Assembly: GCA_045589955.1 (NCBI GenBank)
Contig: JAZNQD010000064.1
Span: 32,203 to 96,202, forward strand
Reading direction: 5' to 3'
Length of the DNA: 64,000 nt
From: Bacilli bacterium
GTDB lineage: Bacteria > Bacillota_I > Bacilli_A > ML615J-28 > CAG-313
In this document: piece by piece, positions 9,733 to 18,430 of the stretch
Numbering within the stretch: the first letter of the stretch is position 1
Layout of the letters: each line of letters starts with the position of its first letter
Notes under the pieces: generated by a model
Databases searched by the model: none
Told to the model about the DNA's origin: nothing
Seen by the model: the letters and a program-made list of their open reading frames with translations, nothing else
Translations under genes and position numbers: made by a program

Positions 9733-10170
9733 ATGAAGATGCCAGAAGTAATTATTAGACCAATTACTGTAAGTGATGTATCAAGAATAATTGATCTAGA
9801 AATGAAATACTTAGGAGAAACAATTGGTAGTGATATGCTAATTAGTGAAAGCACTAATCCAACAATAAAGTTTCTTGCAATTGAAAAAAATAATTTATTA
9901 CTTGGATACATTGGCTGCTATCATATTTTAGGGGAATGTGAAATCTTAAATTTTGTTATTGACGGAGCGTTCCAACGCAAAGGATATGGTCAAATGTTAT
10001 TCAACGAACTTCTTAAACAGGTCGATGCAAAGAGAGTAATTCTCGATGTTAGAGTAAATAATGAACAAGGAATGAAGTTTTATTTAAAGAATGGCTTTAG
10101 GAAAATTTCCATTAGAAAAAATTATTATTCCGATGGGACTGATGCCATTGTTATGGAAAAACTGGTATAA
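9733..10170 (+). CDS. rimI: Ribosomal protein alanine N-acetyltransferase RimI
   Basis: GNAT QRKGYG motif, LDVRVNN, RKNYY...DAIVM; synteny. Confidence 0.88.
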   Translation: MKMPEVIIRPITVSDVSRIIDLEMKYLGETIGSDMLISESTNPTIKFLAIEKNNLLLGYIGCYHILGECEILNFVIDGAFQRKGYGQMLFNELLKQVDAKRVILDVRVNNEQGMKFYLKNGFRKISIRKNYYSDGTDAIVMEKLV

Positions 10171-10174
10171 GATT

Positions 10175-11143
10175 ATGAGTAATAAAAAAGTAAGAATATT
10201 AGCAATTGAATCAAGCTGTGATGAAACAAGTATTGCTATTGTTGAAAATGGTAATAAAGTTTTAAGCAACGCTATCTATACACAAATTGATATTCATAAA
10301 GAATTTGGTGGTGTAGTTCCTGAAGTTGCAAGTCGTCATCATATTGCTAAGGTAACATATGTTTTAGAACAAGCTTTAAAGGAAGCTAATACAACAATGG
10401 AAGAAATAGATGAGATTGCGGTAACACAAACTCCTGGACTAATTGGTTCTTTAATGGTTGGAATTAATACAGCTAAAACATTATCACTTGTTTATAATAA
10501 ACCAATTACATATGTAAATCACATTCATGGACATATATACGCAAACGCCATTGAAAGTGATTTTGTCTTTCCAATGCTAGCCCTAGTAGTTTCTGGAGGT
10601 CATACGGAATTAGTACTTATGAAAGATCATTTTGATTTTGAAATCTTAGGGGAAACGCTAGACGATGCTGTTGGTGAAGCTTATGATAAAGTAGCGCGTG
10701 TTGTTGAAGTAGGTTATCCTGGAGGACCAATCTTAGATAAAATGGCTAAACTTGGTAATCCTATTTATCCACTTCCACATATTAAACTTGGTAAAGATAG
10801 TTATGACTTTAGTTTTTCTGGATTAAAATCAGCAGTTATAAATTTACATAACAAGACAAAAGCAAAAGGAGAGACGTTAAATTATAATGATCTTGCAGCA
10901 AGTTTTCAAAATGCCGTGATCGATGTCTTATCAGAAAAAACAAAACGTGCTGCTATTGAGTTTGGAGCAAAAATGGTTATTATTGCTGGTGGTGTTTCAG
11001 CAAACTCAGCTCTTAGAGAAAAGATTAAAAGAGATATGGAAGAACTTAAAATCAAATTTAATGTTCCTAGCTTTAAATACTGTACTGATAATGCAGCAAT
11101 GATTGGTGCAGCTGCGTACTATCAAAAATTAAACGAAAGATAA
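10175..11143 (+). CDS. tsaD: tRNA t6A transferase TsaD
   Basis: LAIESSCDET, GGVVPEVASRHH, HIHGH, SGGHT, DDAVGEAYDK, TDNAAMIG. Confidence 0.97.
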   Translation: MSNKKVRILAIESSCDETSIAIVENGNKVLSNAIYTQIDIHKEFGGVVPEVASRHHIAKVTYVLEQALKEANTTMEEIDEIAVTQTPGLIGSLMVGINTAKTLSLVYNKPITYVNHIHGHIYANAIESDFVFPMLALVVSGGHTELVLMKDHFDFEILGETLDDAVGEAYDKVARVVEVGYPGGPILDKMAKLGNPIYPLPHIKLGKDSYDFSFSGLKSAVINLHNKTKAKGETLNYNDLAASFQNAVIDVLSEKTKRAAIEFGAKMVIIAGGVSANSALREKIKRDMEELKIKFNVPSFKYCTDNAAMIGAAAYYQKLNER

Positions 11144-11171
11144 ACAACTACAAAAATGTAGTTGTTTTTTT
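11142..11171 (+). terminator. Intrinsic terminator after tsaD
   Basis: aaacaactaca-aaaa-tgtagttgttt followed by T tract. Confidence 0.8.
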
Positions 11172-11174
11172 GGT

Positions 11175-11897
11175 TTATGAAAACCCCCAGTTCGACTGGG
11201 GGTTCTAAAAGCTTATAGCTATGCGTAGAAAAAAGCCCATGATATAATTTTGTTGAAGGTCCGCCAACCGAAACAAAATTATATCACAGGAGGTGTCCAA
11301 ATGGACAATAATAGTTTATCACATACGAAGTGGAATTGCAAGTACCATATTGTATTTGCACCCAAATATAGAAGATTAATAATATATGGGAAAATCAAAG
11401 TAGAAATAGGAAAAATAATGAGAGAATTGTGTTCGAGAAAAGGTGTAGAGATATTGGAAGCAGAAGCATGTCCAGATCATATACATATGTTGATAAGTCT
11501 GCCACCAAAGTACTCTGTTTCATCATTCATGGGATATTTGAAAGGAAAAAGTAGTTTGATGATATTTGATAAATTTGCAAATTTGAAATATAAATATGGA
11601 AACAGACAATTTTGGTGCAGAGGATTTTTTGTTGACACAGTAGGAAAAAACAAAAAAGCGATAGCAGAATATATTCGAAATCAACTCACTGAAGACAAGC
11701 AGTATGAGCAACTGAGTATGAAGGAGTTGTTTGACCCGTTCACGGGTGAACCAGTCAAAGAAAGCAAAAAATAAGCTGCTTTAGCAGCAGCTTGGGAAAC
11801 TAAGCAAAAGGCGGACTTTCGAGCGTGTAAAAACGCAGCGCAATAAGAGAGCCTTATAGGCTCAGAGCAAACCACCAGTTTTACTGGTGGTTATGAT
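11175..11897 (+). mobile_element. IS200/IS605-family insertion sequence (IS200 type, tnpA only); ends approximate
   Basis: Subterminal hairpins aacccccagt-tcg-actgggggtt (11182-11204) and aaccaccagt-ttt-actggtggtt (11870-11892) flank a Y1 transposase. Confidence 0.88.
11301..11774 (+). CDS. tnpA: IS200/IS605 HUH (Y1) transposase
   Basis: HTKWNCKYHIVFAPKYRR, DHIHML (HUH), FWCRG, YIRNQ catalytic Tyr; AGGAGG RBS before ATG 11301. Confidence 0.96.
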   Translation: MDNNSLSHTKWNCKYHIVFAPKYRRLIIYGKIKVEIGKIMRELCSRKGVEILEAEACPDHIHMLISLPPKYSVSSFMGYLKGKSSLMIFDKFANLKYKYGNRQFWCRGFFVDTVGKNKKAIAEYIRNQLTEDKQYEQLSMKELFDPFTGEPVKESKK

Positions 11898-12022
11898 TGT
11901 GCTTTTCAAATATGCTAAAATGCTTCTTACATTTATAACTATTTACAAAGAACAATAAAAATAGTATAATATTTTTGTTATTATGGGATAAAATATCCAA
12001 ATTTAATTTATAGAGTGATTTT

Positions 12023-14212
12023 ATGGGAAATGTATTTGAAAAAGTATTAAAGTATATGTCAGAACCAGTAAAATTAGAATCTGACAAAAAATCAACACCA
12101 AGATTCTTTAAATATGTTATACCAATATGTTTGGTAGCAGTATTTATTATAAGATTGTTTAGTTATGTAACAAAGGCAGATGTTCCAATTGGTTTAGATC
12201 AATCACCACTTGATAGTAAGTTCTTAACAATTATAACGTTACTTTCAATCTGGCTTAACTATGTTGCATTGCTTGTTGTAATGATGCGAGGCTTTTACAG
12301 TGTACGTGTTTTACGTCTATTGACTAAATATTTCGCGCCACTTGTATTCTGGCTTAATTTGATTTTATTAAAGCCAACCTTAATAATTTTACAAGGCGAT
12401 GCGCACTTCTCATTACTTTCTGTTCTATTGTTGATAGAACTTGCCTTAGGTAGTGCAATTACAATTTATTACTGGCATAGTGAAGGGATTGATAAACTAA
12501 AATGGAAAGAATTACTAAAAGTATTCGGGTTATTGTTATTAATGATGATTCCTGTAATGCCTCCGTATTTCTTACAGTTTGTTTTTGGTGATGCTAAAGC
12601 AAGTTTATTAATTTTAGACTTTACATTTACACACCGTATTTTCTTATATTTAGGAATAATTATTCCAGTATTATTATTTATTTGTTTAAGAAAAAAGACA
12701 TTAGAAGTTAAACATTTCACATTAACATACATTTGTTTGGCTACATTAATCGTATTCATGGTTGATTACAACTATACATATTTTTCAAGACCATGGGATT
12801 GGCCATTCCACTTATGTAATACTGCAATGTTTATCATTCCAATTTGTTTAATATTTAGAGCTAAGAATCTATTCTACTTCACATATTTCATTAATGTTGT
12901 TGGTGCTTTAATTGCAATGTTAATGCCAAACTATGATGAAATGTCCGATATTTTCTCTTCTGATATTGTTGAATTTTGGTATAATCACTACATTGCATTC
13001 TTTATGCCTGTATTGATTACTTTACTTGGCGTATTTGAACGACCAAGATTAAAACAGTTTATTAGAGCTATGGGATGGTTCCTAGCATACTTTATTTTAG
13101 TAATGATTTTAAATGTAGTTTTCCCAGCAGTATTTAATGAAGATGTTGATTTCTTTTTCTTAAATGGGGATCATATTGTATTGAATGTTTTAGAAAATGT
13201 TCAATTTGTTAGAAAATTATATGATGTTAAATTAACATTAAATGTTCCGCTATTTGGTTGGAGCTTATCTGTACGTCCTATATATCAAGGTATTTTCTTT
13301 GCGGTATATATTGGTATTGCATTAGGAGTATGGTTTGTTTATGAAGAAGGCTATCGCGTTGTTGATAGACTTGTAAAATTAAAAGATGATCTAGATGTAA
13401 TTAAGTTGGATGAATTTGCTTTCCAATCTCAACTTAATGGAAAGGATATTGAATTACCTATGAATGAAAATGCAGGTATCAAATATGAATTACAACATTT
13501 CTCTAAGAAGTATGGAAATAATAAACATTACTCAGTTCAAGATGCTAACTTAGAAGTATATGGTGGGGAAATCTTCGGTTTCTTAGGACCAAATGGTGCT
13601 GGTAAATCTACAATTATAAAAAGCACTGTTGGTATTCAATCAATCACCGAAGGACATATCCAAATTTGTGGATATGATGTAACAAGACAACCAGTTATGG
13701 CAAAACGCCAAATTGGTTTTGTTCCTGACCATTATGCATTATATGAAAACTTAACAGGTCGTGAATATATCAATTATATTGCTGACATATATGAAGTTTC
13801 AAAAGAAGAACGTAATGAAAGAATTGAAAAATACATTAAACTATTTGAATTAGAAAACAAAATTGATAACAAGATTGAAACTTACTCACATGGTATGAAA
13901 CAAAAAATCACAATCATGTCAGCATTAGTTCATAATCCTAAAGTTTGGATTCTAGATGAACCTTTAACAGGGTTAGACCCTAATAGTATTTTCCAAGTTA
14001 AAGAATGTATGAAACAACATGCAAGTGAAGGAAATATTGTTTTCTTCTCAAGCCATATTATTGATATTGTTGAAAAACTTTGTCAACGTATTGCCATTAT
14101 TAAGTCAGGACATATTCAATGTGTTAAAACAGTTCAAGAAATTGAAGAATCTGGTATGACACTTGAAGAATTCTACTTACAAACTATCGAAGATAAGGAA
14201 GTTAATAATTAA
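12023..14212 (+). CDS. Fusion of YwaF/TMEM164-like polytopic membrane domain and C-terminal ABC ATPase
   Basis: Many TM helices with WPFHLCN and FWYNHY. C-terminal Walker A GPNGAGKS, signature YSHGMKQK, Walker B ILDEP, H-loop SSH. Confidence 0.8.
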   Translation: MGNVFEKVLKYMSEPVKLESDKKSTPRFFKYVIPICLVAVFIIRLFSYVTKADVPIGLDQSPLDSKFLTIITLLSIWLNYVALLVVMMRGFYSVRVLRLLTKYFAPLVFWLNLILLKPTLIILQGDAHFSLLSVLLLIELALGSAITIYYWHSEGIDKLKWKELLKVFGLLLLMMIPVMPPYFLQFVFGDAKASLLILDFTFTHRIFLYLGIIIPVLLFICLRKKTLEVKHFTLTYICLATLIVFMVDYNYTYFSRPWDWPFHLCNTAMFIIPICLIFRAKNLFYFTYFINVVGALIAMLMPNYDEMSDIFSSDIVEFWYNHYIAFFMPVLITLLGVFERPRLKQFIRAMGWFLAYFILVMILNVVFPAVFNEDVDFFFLNGDHIVLNVLENVQFVRKLYDVKLTLNVPLFGWSLSVRPIYQGIFFAVYIGIALGVWFVYEEGYRVVDRLVKLKDDLDVIKLDEFAFQSQLNGKDIELPMNENAGIKYELQHFSKKYGNNKHYSVQDANLEVYGGEIFGFLGPNGAGKSTIIKSTVGIQSITEGHIQICGYDVTRQPVMAKRQIGFVPDHYALYENLTGREYINYIADIYEVSKEERNERIEKYIKLFELENKIDNKIETYSHGMKQKITIMSALVHNPKVWILDEPLTGLDPNSIFQVKECMKQHASEGNIVFFSSHIIDIVEKLCQRIAIIKSGHIQCVKTVQEIEESGMTLEEFYLQTIEDKEVNN

Positions 14213-14240
14213 TTATTAATTTCATAGAGGATAATAGAAG

Positions 14241-15962
14241 ATGGCAAAAGAAGTAAAAGTTAAAATGAAAAATGGTACTGAAAAACATAGTGAATTTAAA
14301 TCATTTATTTCAGTAACAAAAATGCAACTAAAAAATAAAGTTGATCTTTCATGGACAAAGAGTGTTAAATCGGTTATTCGTGTTGTTATTTTAACTTTAC
14401 TAAAAAGTATTATTGTCGGAGCACTTGCCTTTGTAATGCTTTATATTCTAAATCTTTTAGGTATATATCGTGCTTGGAACATTTATCAAGTTGTTATTGT
14501 AATACTTTCATTATCACTAATATTATCACTTATTTCTTGTACCTTCGGGTTAACAAAGAATTTATATTTCTCAGATGATAATAAAGTATTAATAACTTTC
14601 CCAGTTTCCGCAAACAAGATTTTTATCTCAAAGATTATCGTTTATTACATATATGAATTAAAAAGAAGTATTACTTTCTTAATTCCAATTACGCTTGCTT
14701 GTTTCTTAATGCTTTTTATTAATAGTAAAATATCAATACTAGTCTTTTTATGGATGTGGATTCCACTGTTATTCATTATTGCAATACCAGTATTAGTTGG
14801 TGCTTTATTATCAATTCCTCTTATGGGGATTAAAATCTTATTTAATAAAGTTCCGGCCTTAAGAGTTATTTTTATCTCTTTAATTTCTGTAGGTGCAATA
14901 AGCTTAGTAGTTTATACAATTTTATCAATTCCATATTATGTTGACTTTAACAATCAAATCTTAATAATTAGTGATGCCTTAAATAACTTCTTAAGAACAT
15001 TAGAAAAATATCTTGTTATTGAAGGACAACTTGTATATCTAATGATTGGTGATTTAAATGATGCAAATATGTATGGAATGAGTATTTGGATCCCAGTAAG
15101 ATTTATTGCTCTTGTTGGTTCCCTTTTATTATTAGCATTATTCAGTTATTTAATTTCAAGACCGCTTTTCTTAAAGATGGTTTCAAAAACAATTGAAAAG
15201 GATGCCGGAATAACAAGATCAACGAAAAATGTTAAACATGGTAAAATATTTACATTCTTCAATAAAGAATTAAAAGTTAATATTCGTAATATTAATGTTT
15301 TAGGAACACTTGCTGTAACATATATTATTACACCAATCCTAATCTTATTAATTAATAAAATCTTTGGAGCAATGGATCTATCAAACTTAGGTCGTGTAAT
15401 GACTTGTGCATTTAATATTTTATTAATATGCTTACCACTGCTTGCAACTAATTCACTTGTAGCATCAATGTATAGTAAGGAAGGAAGAGCAGGTTATATT
15501 AAAAAGACAAAACCAGTTAAGCCTTATTACCCATTACTTGCAAAAATGTCTTTAAGTGTAATCTTATCAATTCCATCAATTATTGTATCTGTAGTAGTAT
15601 TCACAATTACAGGCGGAATTGGTTTAAAATTCTATGATTCAATTATTTTGATACTTGCAATCTTCGCACTTCATTTAGGACATATGTTCTATAGTGCAAC
15701 ATTAGATATTACTAATCCTCAAAATGAACACTATGCAACTAGTGGTGAATCACACAACAATCCAAATGAAGATAAGGCAACTATTGGTGCTTTTGCGTTA
15801 TCAATTGTATTTGCCGTATTTGCATTTATCTTAGTTAATGAATCTTTAATCAGAGGAATTTTCACATTAGCATGTGTTAAATTATTATTTATAGGCGGCT
15901 TAATTTTATTTGCAGGTATGTTACTATTCTTCAAAAATATTAAGGCATATTATGGTAAATAG
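14241..15962 (+). CDS. Putative ABC exporter permease
   Basis: Highly polytopic with two repeated halves (LITFPV..NKIFISK / KTKPVK...LLAK); follows the ABC ATPase fusion. Confidence 0.7.
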   Translation: MAKEVKVKMKNGTEKHSEFKSFISVTKMQLKNKVDLSWTKSVKSVIRVVILTLLKSIIVGALAFVMLYILNLLGIYRAWNIYQVVIVILSLSLILSLISCTFGLTKNLYFSDDNKVLITFPVSANKIFISKIIVYYIYELKRSITFLIPITLACFLMLFINSKISILVFLWMWIPLLFIIAIPVLVGALLSIPLMGIKILFNKVPALRVIFISLISVGAISLVVYTILSIPYYVDFNNQILIISDALNNFLRTLEKYLVIEGQLVYLMIGDLNDANMYGMSIWIPVRFIALVGSLLLLALFSYLISRPLFLKMVSKTIEKDAGITRSTKNVKHGKIFTFFNKELKVNIRNINVLGTLAVTYIITPILILLINKIFGAMDLSNLGRVMTCAFNILLICLPLLATNSLVASMYSKEGRAGYIKKTKPVKPYYPLLAKMSLSVILSIPSIIVSVVVFTITGGIGLKFYDSIILILAIFALHLGHMFYSATLDITNPQNEHYATSGESHNNPNEDKATIGAFALSIVFAVFAFILVNESLIRGIFTLACVKLLFIGGLILFAGMLLFFKNIKAYYGK

Positions 15963-15970
15963 GTGATCGT

Positions 15971-16399
15971 ATGAAAAAATCGGTAATAATAGCTATAATT
16001 GCATTTTATTTATTATCTATTGTCATTGTTGGTATAATGGGTGGTAAATTTAAAACTTATGATGAAGAAGTGTATGTACAAAAAATCATTTGTGAAAACG
16101 CAAATGAATTATCTGAGGCAGATAAAAAAGAATTAGGTGTTGACGTTTCAATTATGAAAGAAATGGGCAACAAAGAAGAAGTTGTTGTTGAAGTTATTTG
16201 TAAAGCATATCCCGCAACTGCAACTGATAAAACAATCATGTTCTACTTCCCTGAAAATCCTGAATTTTATAAAGTAGAATTTGATTCTGCAGAAGGGATT
16301 GCAACAATAACGTTCTATAAAAGAACAACATTAATTTTAACTGCTCGTTCAATTGATAATGGTAGAGCAGAATTAAAAATCAGAATTGACGTTTATTAA
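15971..16399 (+). CDS. Membrane-anchored protein with Ig-like (Big_2-like) domain
   Basis: N-terminal TM; YPATATDKTI and TARSIDNG resemble Big_2 strands. Confidence 0.5.
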   Translation: MKKSVIIAIIAFYLLSIVIVGIMGGKFKTYDEEVYVQKIICENANELSEADKKELGVDVSIMKEMGNKEEVVVEVICKAYPATATDKTIMFYFPENPEFYKVEFDSAEGIATITFYKRTTLILTARSIDNGRAELKIRIDVY

Positions 16400-16431
16400 A
16401 ATTAAAAATATTAAATAGAAAGGAAAAAGTT

Positions 16432-18384
16432 ATGAAAAAAACAATTTTAAGTATTTTTGCACTATTAATGTTAGTTGGTTTTTTAGCATCATGTGAAACT
16501 CCAACTTGCGCACACGTTGATAAAGATGATGACTTATTATGCGACCTTTGTGGTGTTGCTCATGATGATGGGCCTGAACAACCTCAAGAGGCTGAATATG
16601 AAATTAAAATTACATCTGTTAATGAACCTGCATTTATTAGCACTTGGAAACTAAATAAAGGTGAACAAGTTAATAAACAAACTGAATTTGCGGTTTTAGA
16701 TGCAGCTTATCAAGTTGGTGATGACAACGCATTTAATTGTAAACCTTTAGTTACTTTCATTAAAGTAAATAAAGAAACTGGTGCTACTCTTCCAGCTGGT
16801 GTTAGCGATTGGAATTATGAAATTCAAGTTTTAGTTAAAGAAGGCGAAGAATTTGTTGCTTTAGCTGAAACTAATGAATATATTGAAAAAATTGATGCAC
16901 AAAAATGTGCTATTGACTTCTCAGAAGCAGCTATTGGAAAAGAATTCCAAGTTGTTGTTAAACCTGAAGGTTTAACTGAAGAACAAGAAGCAAGTGGACA
17001 TTATCAAACTTCATTCGAATTTACAGTTATTGAAGGTTTCAATGCTTATTCTGCACTTGACTTAGCTTATATTGAAAACAGACCTAACCCAGTTGATGAT
17101 AATGGTGAAGAAGGTACTGATCTTGAAAGAGAAGCTTGGCTTAAGTTTAAAGAAGAAAAAGGTATTGATTTAGAGTATCAACCTGCAGCTGTAATTTTAC
17201 ATAATGATATTAAAGTTACTAAAGCCGATGTTCCTAGTTATTACTTCTGGACAGCTGAAGAAGTTTCTAAATTAGATGCTGACTATAATAGAGTAGTTGG
17301 TTCAATGAGAGACCGTATGGACTTCTATCGTCGTCATTTAGAAGAAGGCGAAGAATTCAAATTATTAGGTAACTACTTCAAAATTGACAACTCAGAATTA
17401 CCAGTTATCGTTCGTGAAAACGATAAAGTAACTCCTGAAGGAACAGTAATCAGCCATACTGCATTATTTAAATTCTCTGGTGCAGGTGATGCTAATGTTG
17501 AATTCGCTCACTTAAGAATCGTTGGTAATGCGGGTAGAACTGAAAATGCTATCTTATCTGGTGGTCAAATCTTAATTAAAGTTACAGGTCCTCAAATGTT
17601 AGCATATAACAACATTTCTGTTAATACATTCATTCACTACTTTGCAGAACACAATGAAGATAAGACAACTGCAGATAACACAACAGTATTTACAGTTGAA
17701 AAATGTAAAGGTTATAATGCATTCAACAGTTTCTTATACAACTGGGGTTCTCACATGATTGTTAAAGATTCTGAATTAATTGGCGCTGGTGGTCCAATTG
17801 TTATTCAAGACCATTGTAATTCAAGTAAAGATAATCATCCAGGTTATATTCCAGAAGTTGAATTTATTAATTCTAAAGTTGAATCATTTGTTGCTGGTTC
17901 TGAAGGTTGGTTCAAAATTGTTCAAGCTGACTCATTAGTTCCAGGTATTAAACAATTATCACAAATCTTCAATATGGTTGGAAAAACATTCGTAGTTCCA
18001 AATGACGAAACTGACCCTGCTAAACAAGCAACATTCTTAAATTTAATAAGTGTAACAAAAGGTCCTCACCAAACATTTACACAAATTAAAATTGAAGGTA
18101 AAGTTGTTAAAGAAGGTCATTCATTTGACTATGGTGTAACTGCTGGCCAAAATGGTAACCCTTATATCAGAGCTGTCTTAGATCAAACATTTACATTAAA
18201 TGCTCCTGCATTCGAAACTAATGCTGGTGGATTTGCATATTTTGATGGTAATGGTTTAGTTGGCTTAGATCAACAATATATTCAAGATCCAACTAACCCT
18301 ATCTTTGCAGGTGATACATTAACAATCTACTACATGGGTATGATGTTAACATTCGGTTACTATAATGTAGGTTACATTCACTAA
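16432..18384 (+). CDS. Large surface lipoprotein of unknown function
   Basis: Lipobox LASC; HVDKDDDLLCDLCG metal-binding-like motif; codon usage suggestive of high expression. Confidence 0.75.
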   Translation: MKKTILSIFALLMLVGFLASCETPTCAHVDKDDDLLCDLCGVAHDDGPEQPQEAEYEIKITSVNEPAFISTWKLNKGEQVNKQTEFAVLDAAYQVGDDNAFNCKPLVTFIKVNKETGATLPAGVSDWNYEIQVLVKEGEEFVALAETNEYIEKIDAQKCAIDFSEAAIGKEFQVVVKPEGLTEEQEASGHYQTSFEFTVIEGFNAYSALDLAYIENRPNPVDDNGEEGTDLEREAWLKFKEEKGIDLEYQPAAVILHNDIKVTKADVPSYYFWTAEEVSKLDADYNRVVGSMRDRMDFYRRHLEEGEEFKLLGNYFKIDNSELPVIVRENDKVTPEGTVISHTALFKFSGAGDANVEFAHLRIVGNAGRTENAILSGGQILIKVTGPQMLAYNNISVNTFIHYFAEHNEDKTTADNTTVFTVEKCKGYNAFNSFLYNWGSHMIVKDSELIGAGGPIVIQDHCNSSKDNHPGYIPEVEFINSKVESFVAGSEGWFKIVQADSLVPGIKQLSQIFNMVGKTFVVPNDETDPAKQATFLNLISVTKGPHQTFTQIKIEGKVVKEGHSFDYGVTAGQNGNPYIRAVLDQTFTLNAPAFETNAGGFAYFDGNGLVGLDQQYIQDPTNPIFAGDTLTIYYMGMMLTFGYYNVGYIH

Positions 18385-18386
18385 AA

Positions 18387-18430
18387 ATAAAAAAAATTCA
18401 GATTCTAAAAAAGAATCTGAATTTTTTATT
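18387..18430. terminator. Bidirectional terminator between convergent lipoprotein genes
   Basis: aaaaaattcagattct-aaaaa-agaatctgaattttt with A/T tracts on both sides. Confidence 0.85.

Noticed and set aside
11523-12087. Short minus-strand ORFs across the IS200 right end, as a possible tnpB remnant
   Set aside because: No RuvC or Zn-finger motifs, no RBS, and they overlap the transposase and hairpins
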